Origin: Sedimentisphaeraceae bacterium JB056 | GTDB taxonomy: Bacteria; Planctomycetota; Phycisphaerae; Sedimentisphaerales; Sedimentisphaeraceae | Direction: 5' to 3' | DNA length: 64,000 nt | Assembly: GCA_044440125.1 (NCBI GenBank) | Contig: JBITAJ010000027.1 | Coordinates: 64,001-128,000, forward strand | Part shown: positions 57,214 through 64,000 of the stretch, one piece after another | Numbering within the stretch: position 1 is the first letter of the stretch | Layout of the letters: each line of letters opens with the position of its first letter | Position numbers and translations under genes: made by a program | The notes under the pieces: generated by a model | Told to the model about the DNA's origin: nothing | Databases searched by the model: none | What the model saw: the letters and a program-made list of their open reading frames with translations, nothing else

Positions 57214-58185
57214 TTAGATAAGGCTTAGTTTATCGCATATGAATTCAAATGCGATGTCGTCTGCCCCGGGCAGGCCTTCATGGCCGTGATCAGGGTATAT
57301 TTTGCCCACTTTTGGCGATTCTATCTTGTTGTAGGCGGCAAACTGTGTTGAAGGTGGGCAGATATCATCTCTCAGTGAGAGGAATACGAGGGTTTGGCCC
57401 TTGATTCTCTTTACGAGATTTTGTATGTCGATATATGCCAATGTATTGAAGAAATCATCGATTTTTTCATGTCTTGGGTCAAAACGACGTATATATTCCT
57501 TTATCTCGGCATAAGGTTGGGTTCCAAGATCCAACTGCCATACTCTTTTATAATCGCTTAGGAATGGGAAATATGAAGCCGCACATTTGATTCTTGGCTC
57601 AAGTGACGCGCATACGAGTGTCAAAGCTCCGCCTTGTGAGCCTCCTTTTGCTGCTACACGCGACTCGTCAACATCATCCATGTCCATAACTATGCCGGCA
57701 AGCTGCGCTGTATCAAGGTATACGTTACGGAAGAAGAGCTTTTCGGGGCCATCAAGTACGCCGCGAATGATCTGTCCCATATATGTATAGCCTGTTACGC
57801 TGCCGTTGTCCTCAGAGAGCCCAGCTTGGCCGCGTACGTCCAAAGATGCCACTACGAAACCATTGGCCGCATAGGGAAGTTTGCTTGTCCAGTCGCCGCT
57901 GTGGCCCGTGTATCCGTGAAATTCGACCAATGCCGGTGCCGGTGAGGTGATTACGGCGGGTTTGAGGAGTTTGGCGTGCACTTTAGCTCCGCCTGCTCCT
58001 GTGAAGAACATATTGTAGCACTTGACTCCCGGTGCCTTGAAATCGGCTTCTACGATCCTGACTTGCGGGTCGATGGCTTTCATCTCTTCCAGAGATTTGT
58101 CCCAGAACGCATCAAAGTTGTCCGGGCATGGCGAACTGCCGTAATAGTCACGTAATTTTTCCAGCGGCATATCAACAACTGCCAT
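57214..58185 (-). CDS. Acetylxylan esterase / cephalosporin-C deacetylase (CE7)
   Basis: FHGY, RGQ, GGSQGG, DDICPPSTQFAAYN, GHE. Confidence 0.9.
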   Translation of the reverse strand: MAVVDMPLEKLRDYYGSSPCPDNFDAFWDKSLEEMKAIDPQVRIVEADFKAPGVKCYNMFFTGAGGAKVHAKLLKPAVITSPAPALVEFHGYTGHSGDWTSKLPYAANGFVVASLDVRGQAGLSEDNGSVTGYTYMGQIIRGVLDGPEKLFFRNVYLDTAQLAGIVMDMDDVDESRVAAKGGSQGGALTLVCASLEPRIKCAASYFPFLSDYKRVWQLDLGTQPYAEIKEYIRRFDPRHEKIDDFFNTLAYIDIQNLVKRIKGQTLVFLSLRDDICPPSTQFAAYNKIESPKVGKIYPDHGHEGLPGADDIAFEFICDKLSLI

Positions 58186-58416
58186 AATTATACTCCTGTA
58201 TTCAAAAATATGCGATTATTATAATTTTAAACAAGACCCAATTAAACTTACTTGAATATCAAAATCAAGCTATTTTTCGTATAAATAAGCCCCTATTTTG
58301 AGCATGACTGAAAATGCAGAAAAAAGTTGAGACTTTTTGTCACATTTTCAGATTTGTGGTGCCTTAGTTAATAGATAACAATATACTGTTAATGTTGTGT
58401 ACTAAGAGGTGATATC

Positions 58417-61400
58417 ATGAAGGATGATAAAAAGGTTATAAAAGATTGTTTGAAGGGCAGCCATCAGGCATTTGCCAGGCTTGTTGATAAGTATAAGTCT
58501 TTCGTTTGTTCGATTGCGTATTGCATGACGGGTAATATCGACAGCAGTGAAGATATTGCTCAGGATGTTTTTATAAGCGTGTGGAGGGATCTGCCGCAGT
58601 TAAATGATTACAGCAAGTTTAAGAATTGGCTCAGATCGATAACGCATAATAAGACTTGCAGCTATCTTAAATCTGATATAAAGCATTCGGCTGTTGATAT
58701 TGAAAGTGTTGCTGTTGCCGCTCCTGATAAGAAGCAAAATAATGAGAATGAACTGATCTGGCAGACACTGGAGACGTTGCCTGCTGAGTATCGAGAGGTG
58801 ATGGTTCAGTATTACAGGCATGAGAAGTCTGCAAAGCAGGTTGGGGAGTTGATGGGGATTAGTGCTGATGCCGTGCGTCAGAGATTATCACGCGGCAGAC
58901 AGATGATTCGTGAGCGGATTGAGGATAGGCTTGAGGCAGGGCTTCGCAATTCTGCACCGGATAAGAAGTTTACGGCATCGGTTATTACTGCTATTTCTTC
59001 GATACCTGTAGGGGTTGCGGTAAGTGAGGCGGCGGCTGTTTCGACTTCCGTCTCTGCTCCTTTTACAGTTGCACTGAAAACAATCATGGCGACAACTGCC
59101 GCAAAAGTGGCGACTGTTGCAATAATTGCCGCTGCCGCGATTGCGACCGGATTAATCCTGAGCAATAATGAAAAATCTCAACCAATACAAAGAACAGAAG
59201 CAATCCAGCCGGTTACCGCAACCGGTTCATCACCCGTAGAGACGCATTTTAATGCGTCTGAAAACCTGACGCAACCCATTGTAACCCCAATACCGCAAGA
59301 ACTACAACAATCACCCGCAGAACAACAGGCTCCCGAGACCCCGCAACCAACAGAATCCCCTGCCGCAACTGAAGAAACAACAAATGCCTTCACCCCAAGA
59401 GGAGTCCTTAGCGGCCTGATAACAGACAAAGAAACCGGAGAACCGGTTATTGATGCTCAAATATCAGTTACTTTGCCCAATAATCATATTGAGCAAACTC
59501 ATGCAGATGAAAATGGATTCTATTATTTTGAGAAATTACCTCAATATGGCAATTGTAAACTTGACGTAACTTCTATAGATTACGTCAGCCTACAAAATTC
59601 GACTAATGACAAGCTGAACGTGAATTTATTAGCTGAAAACCAAACAATACAGCATCTTGAACTTGAAAAGGCCTGCTTGCTTGAGGTTTTAGTAGTTGAC
59701 GAAGAGGATAAGCCAATTGAAGGTGCAGAAGTAACGATATTCGACTCATTTAAAGAATTTAAAATAGTAAATACAAGGCGTAAAACCAATCAAGAAGGTA
59801 GATTGGTAACCGGCGGCATAAAGCCTTCAAAGGCTTCTTATCCTGTTATGGTAATACAAAAAAGGCGAGCTCAGTCAAGTAATGGTATAAGTGATTTTTG
59901 TCGAGATTACTCACCAACGCATGCAAATGTTATACTTGATAATCCTGAAATAATGAAAAGCATTAAGATTGTCATGCAGAAGGGGTTCGATATAAGAGGC
60001 AGGCTTTTATATGCCGATAAGGTACCGGCAAGTGATCTGATAATCACTGTAGAACCTAAGTGGTGGAAAGATTCGAGTCTTTTTAGTGAAAGTTCAATAG
60101 AGGAGGATGGGGCATTCATCATTAATAAAGTGACCAGTGACAATTACAACATTAATGTTTTAATACCAACCGGAGATGGGAGATTGAGCCAGAGGAGAAT
60201 AGCAACACAATATTTAGACGAAGGAAATTTTCTTGATTTTGTATTGCCGTTTAACAGCCCCTCAAATCTTGTGAATTTCTCAGGCAAACTCATGTTTGAA
60301 GGTGAAATTAAATCTGGCATTATAATTATTAGAGGCAGATCAGATATCTCGGAATTTTCGCGAAGCATTTACTGTAGCGAGGATGATATCCAAGACATTA
60401 CATTCGATATAGAAAGAGTTCAGCCCGGTCTATATTCTGTAGATATAACGGGTAAGGGCGTTGAAGATGTATATCTCAAAAACGTTCAGATACCAATAAA
60501 TGATTTCACGCAAACTTTGAAATGTGTCGTAGATAAGGTTGTTACAGGAATAGTAATTGATAAAAAAACGCAAAAAACATTGAATAATTTCAAAGTTAAA
60601 ACTCATCCAGTTAAATTGTACGAAGGTAAAAGTCACAGTTTTAAAGAGAGCTGGATCCGTTACTCCAGCCAGAATGGGAGATTGGAATTGGATGTAGAAT
60701 ATGACGGTATATATGAATTCACAGTAACAGCAGAAAATTACGCCCCCCAAATAGTTACTATTGATACATTAAAAAACAGATCTTTCGTTGCCGAAATGAT
60801 AGAAGGGAATAAACTCAAAGGAAGAGTCATAGACTCAAATGGTAGGCCTGTTAAAAACGCCAAGCTCATACCATTTACTATTAATGGTAACTATAATGAG
60901 TATAATAAAGACCGTAAGGAATTCTGCTCAGAAAAGTATTCATGCACTACATTAGGTGATGGGAGTTTTATACTCAGAAATCTTCCTGAAAAATCTGAGA
61001 CAATTAAAATTTTACATCCTAATTTTGTTGAAAGTCTTATAGATATTGAATTGCCTTATACAGGAGAATTTGTGGCAACACTAACTCACGGCAGCAGTAT
61101 TCAGGGATATGTTTACGACAATCATGGAAATACGAAAAATAATATAACTATTTCTCTCACTAATGAACCGACTGATTTTCGGGGACAGAGTATAATAAAA
61201 CAGACTACTACAGATGATACCGGCTACTATCAATTTACCAATATTGACAATATGCCGTTTTATGTCAAGATACGAAGTACAGAAGAAGTTGAAGGTGTTA
61301 GTCGTTGTTATGTCATGCCTCAGAAAGAAGAAAAGACAAATTTAGACTTGGGAGGAAACTTCTTTCTCAAAGGCAGAATCTTTGTTAATAATATCCCATT

Positions 61401-62100
61401 AGCAAATACACATATTGCTATCATTGATTCACCGAGTTACATTTATTCAGATTTCAAAAATAATGGAATGACAAAACCTGATGGTAGTTTTATATTTAGT
61501 GGCATTACCGAAGGCATAAAACGACTTGTATACAAAACAGATAACAATGATTGGCTCTCCATAACAGAACTCGACACTAAAGGCATTGATTTTAATATCG
61601 GTAATATATTTATTGATGTAGTAGATATTGAGGTTAAGATTCATTCAACTGATATTATTAAACAATGTTCAGTAACAGAGAGCTTTGAATATCCGTCTCA
61701 AGGTAAATACGATATGATTCCTTCCGGAAATAACACATTTACTACTGAAAATATACAACCCGGGAAACATGTCCTGATGATTGTAAGAAAACCGAACTAT
61801 GCAGTATTTGCTGAAGAAATAGATGTGTCCAATAGTGAAACTCCGCTTGTATTTGATATTGAATTACCTATAGCAAACTCATCTATATATGGTCACTGTC
61901 GTAATGACAGACGTCTTCTTGTTAAAAGAGAAGACAATAGTTTCTTCAAATTTATACATAGAGAAAATAACGAATACAAAATCAATAATATGCCTGCCGG
62001 TAAGTATGTTGTCGAAACTTACCCAGAAAGAGACATAATTACTACCTTTGAACTTGGTGAAGATCAGGAATTGGAGCTTAATTTTGATGATTTGCCGTAG
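58417..62100 (+). CDS. ECF sigma factor fused via a TM helix to carboxypeptidase-regulatory-like (transthyretin-fold) repeats
   Basis: Sigma2 (SEDIAQDVF..W..F.NWLRSI..N) and sigma4 (LP.EYREV...AVRQRLSRGR); hydrophobic helix; P/T/Q/E linker; repeats LSGLITDKETGEPV, GRVIDSNGRPVKNA. Confidence 0.85.
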   Translation: MKDDKKVIKDCLKGSHQAFARLVDKYKSFVCSIAYCMTGNIDSSEDIAQDVFISVWRDLPQLNDYSKFKNWLRSITHNKTCSYLKSDIKHSAVDIESVAVAAPDKKQNNENELIWQTLETLPAEYREVMVQYYRHEKSAKQVGELMGISADAVRQRLSRGRQMIRERIEDRLEAGLRNSAPDKKFTASVITAISSIPVGVAVSEAAAVSTSVSAPFTVALKTIMATTAAKVATVAIIAAAAIATGLILSNNEKSQPIQRTEAIQPVTATGSSPVETHFNASENLTQPIVTPIPQELQQSPAEQQAPETPQPTESPAATEETTNAFTPRGVLSGLITDKETGEPVIDAQISVTLPNNHIEQTHADENGFYYFEKLPQYGNCKLDVTSIDYVSLQNSTNDKLNVNLLAENQTIQHLELEKACLLEVLVVDEEDKPIEGAEVTIFDSFKEFKIVNTRRKTNQEGRLVTGGIKPSKASYPVMVIQKRRAQSSNGISDFCRDYSPTHANVILDNPEIMKSIKIVMQKGFDIRGRLLYADKVPASDLIITVEPKWWKDSSLFSESSIEEDGAFIINKVTSDNYNINVLIPTGDGRLSQRRIATQYLDEGNFLDFVLPFNSPSNLVNFSGKLMFEGEIKSGIIIIRGRSDISEFSRSIYCSEDDIQDITFDIERVQPGLYSVDITGKGVEDVYLKNVQIPINDFTQTLKCVVDKVVTGIVIDKKTQKTLNNFKVKTHPVKLYEGKSHSFKESWIRYSSQNGRLELDVEYDGIYEFTVTAENYAPQIVTIDTLKNRSFVAEMIEGNKLKGRVIDSNGRPVKNAKLIPFTINGNYNEYNKDRKEFCSEKYSCTTLGDGSFILRNLPEKSETIKILHPNFVESLIDIELPYTGEFVATLTHGSSIQGYVYDNHGNTKNNITISLTNEPTDFRGQSIIKQTTTDDTGYYQFTNIDNMPFYVKIRSTEEVEGVSRCYVMPQKEEKTNLDLGGNFFLKGRIFVNNIPLANTHIAIIDSPSYIYSDFKNNGMTKPDGSFIFSGITEGIKRLVYKTDNNDWLSITELDTKGIDFNIGNIFIDVVDIEVKIHSTDIIKQCSVTESFEYPSQGKYDMIPSGNNTFTTENIQPGKHVLMIVRKPNYAVFAEEIDVSNSETPLVFDIELPIANSSIYGHCRNDRRLLVKREDNSFFKFIHRENNEYKINNMPAGKYVVETYPERDIITTFELGEDQELELNFDDLP

Positions 62101-62135
62101 TTTATTTCCTGTTTCCGGGAGTGTTTAAAAAGACA

Positions 62136-62440
62136 GAAAGCCGGAAGGGTAAACTGAATACGGGAAAGTAAGGAGGTATTATAGTTTTTTAGAAAGAGTT
62201 GGGCGGCGCCAGGAGAAGCCCCGCCCGGTGTGTTGTAAGTTATTGGTTGGAGTTGTTGTTAGTGTACTGTCTGGTTGCATTGGTTGTAGCGTTGGTTGTT
62301 CTATGCAGACAAAGAATATGTCCGCGATAGTAAATCTTACAAGCCATTCTCTCTATGGTTGTACGAAAGTTTAGTCCCGAACAGCCTTTAAGATTAATAC
62401 AATCCCGTATTCAGTTTTCATTAGAACCCTTCCAGCTTTC
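62136..62440 (-). ncRNA. Candidate ~305-nt structured RNA closed by a ~30-bp stem
   Basis: 62151-62165 pairs with 62403-62417 (15/15); 62136-62150 pairs with 62426-62440 (14/15, G-U on minus strand); three internal hairpins; CAACCA repeats. Confidence 0.6.
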
Positions 62441-62617
62441 ATGCTGTTTTCTAATCATGTTGTCTATTCCTTGTCAATATAGTATATGTTTTCCGATAGG
62501 GATTGTTCGGATTAAGTGGTCTTTTTTTAATTATTTTTATGGAATAAATGATAATTTTATAGGATATTTAGGGTATCTACCTTATGGGTAATGACTTATG
62601 TCTGATACATAGCTTTG

Positions 62618-63904
62618 TCATTTTTTTACATCCCCGCTGCCGTGGAATACTCTTATTGCCTTACCTTCCTGCCGCGGCAAACCGCCGATGGGGAAAACGT
62701 CTCCTTCGGGTGCAAATCCAAGTGCTTCCTTGAGCACTTTGCACACCATATGGCCTGTTACAGAACCGTCTGCTTCCACATTAACACGCACATTCTGGAC
62801 ACCCCCGGTATTTTCGAGGATTATCTGGTAATTAGACCCGATTCCCGGTATCTGCATTAGTGCCTGCTCAACCTGTTTGGGCCAGAAATTCACTCCTTTT
62901 ACTATCAGCATATCGTCCACGCGGCCTGTTATAGCCTCAATCTTTATATGCGTTCTGCCACAATCACATTTCTCACGCGAGACCACACGCGATAGGTCGC
63001 CGGTCTTGAATCTTATTACAGGAAGAGCCTTTCTTGTTAACGAAGTGAATATCAGTTCGCCGTGGTCGCCATCGGGAACAGATTTGCCAGTATTTGGATC
63101 CACAACCTCTACAATATAATGATCTTCCCATACATGTATGCCATTATGAGCGCAGCAATCCATACCGAGAGTACCTACTCCGCCGGTTTCTGTCATGCCG
63201 TAAATATCGTATACATCAATACCTAAGCCCTTTTCAAGCTTTTCTTTCATGCCTTCACTGAAAGCTTCTGCCCCGAATATTCCTATTTTCAAATCTGGCA
63301 GTTCCTTGCCGAGCTCCTGCATCACTTCCATGATACGAATGCCGTAGCTGACTACGCCGGTCAGTACTTTGGTACCAAAATCGCCTGCAAGTTTGATCTG
63401 GCGTTCGGTATTGCCTGCACCTGCTGGGATTACAAACATCCCGGCAGCCCTTGCACCATGATACATCCCAAAACCGCCATTAAACAGACCAAAGGAAGGG
63501 GTTATCTGTACCGTATCGTTCTCTTGACCGCCCGCCATATAATAGCATCTAGCCATACATTCAGCCCACTGTGCAAGATCGTTAGCGGTGTAAGGCATTA
63601 CTACTGGAGTACCGGTGCTTCCGCTGGACATATGCATCTCTTTTATTTGGGATTGATCAACGCATGAAAGGCCCATTGGATAAGAGGTTCGAAGCAACTC
63701 CTTATCCATAATCGGGAGCAGTTCTATATCCTCGAGAGTTTTGATATCTTCGGGATTTACGCCCTTTTCATCGAATCTCTTTTTCTGAATGGCATTGTTA
63801 TTATATACATGTTTGAGACGATCTTTGAGGCGTTCAAGCTGCAGATGTTTGATTTCGTCCTGAGAGAGAGTTTCAAATTGCGGGTTGAAAAATTTAGTGT
63901 TCAC
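62618..63904 (-). CDS. paaK: Phenylacetate-CoA ligase family protein
   Basis: HMSSGSTGTP, GLFNGGFG, GAE, DIYGMTE, IRFKTGD, GRVDDMLIVKGVNFWP. Confidence 0.88.
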   Translation of the reverse strand: MNTKFFNPQFETLSQDEIKHLQLERLKDRLKHVYNNNAIQKKRFDEKGVNPEDIKTLEDIELLPIMDKELLRTSYPMGLSCVDQSQIKEMHMSSGSTGTPVVMPYTANDLAQWAECMARCYYMAGGQENDTVQITPSFGLFNGGFGMYHGARAAGMFVIPAGAGNTERQIKLAGDFGTKVLTGVVSYGIRIMEVMQELGKELPDLKIGIFGAEAFSEGMKEKLEKGLGIDVYDIYGMTETGGVGTLGMDCCAHNGIHVWEDHYIVEVVDPNTGKSVPDGDHGELIFTSLTRKALPVIRFKTGDLSRVVSREKCDCGRTHIKIEAITGRVDDMLIVKGVNFWPKQVEQALMQIPGIGSNYQIILENTGGVQNVRVNVEADGSVTGHMVCKVLKEALGFAPEGDVFPIGGLPRQEGKAIRVFHGSGDVKK

Positions 63905-64000
63905 TTTAATACATCCTTTTATCTTTTGTTAAAGTACCAATGCATACCTAATATCATAAAATTAACCAGATATTATATTTATGTCAAGGATGCAGTTGAT

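Noticed and set aside
62228..62374. 48-aa plus-strand GTG ORF with an apparent lipobox (KLLVGVVVSVLSGC)
   Set aside because: Val/Gly/Cys richness follows automatically from the G/T-rich repeat strand, SD spacing is long, and G-U asymmetry favours a minus-strand RNA; not fully excluded.
62136..62440. Retron msr-msd or rRNA remnant
   Set aside because: No reverse transcriptase in the window and no rRNA-like sequence beyond the short ACCUCCUU motif.

Overview
Mostly housekeeping DNA (clpC, ftsY, xerD, hflX, cysK/cysE, kdsA, mgtE, lysA, apt, tyrA, xth, truA, tatA, galM, paaK) from a bacterium that is probably an anaerobic planctomycete (Phycisphaerae/Sedimentisphaerales-like). That placement is inferred from the H-X9-DG prepilin-like proteins, Tat sulfatases, dockerin-like tails and a sigma-factor fusion protein. 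Accessory material includes: (i) a 6.4-11.9 kb stretch with a YhcG nuclease, a REP-associated tyrosine transposase carrying its own REP, and several heptamer-repeat arrays, two of which enclose a four-helix-bundle gene as an inverted repeat; (ii) a sulfated/uronate-glycan utilisation-like cluster (13.3-22 kb); (iii) a signal-peptide RHS protein with two domains inserted in its shell and an NlpC/P60-like tip lacking the catalytic Cys/His, followed by an immunity-like gene; (iv) an ECF sigma factor fused to a large extracytoplasmic region. The most novel-looking signals are non-coding: a ~305-nt element closed by a ~30-bp stem with internal hairpins and CAACCA repeats (62136-62440), a promoter/terminator-bounded ~150-nt sRNA candidate with an anti-Shine-Dalgarno tract (39673-39823), and a multi-stem leader ahead of a membrane-anchored RRM protein (36830-37634). 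No rRNA, tRNA or CRISPR array was seen. All calls come from reading motifs by eye; no searches or folding programs were run.
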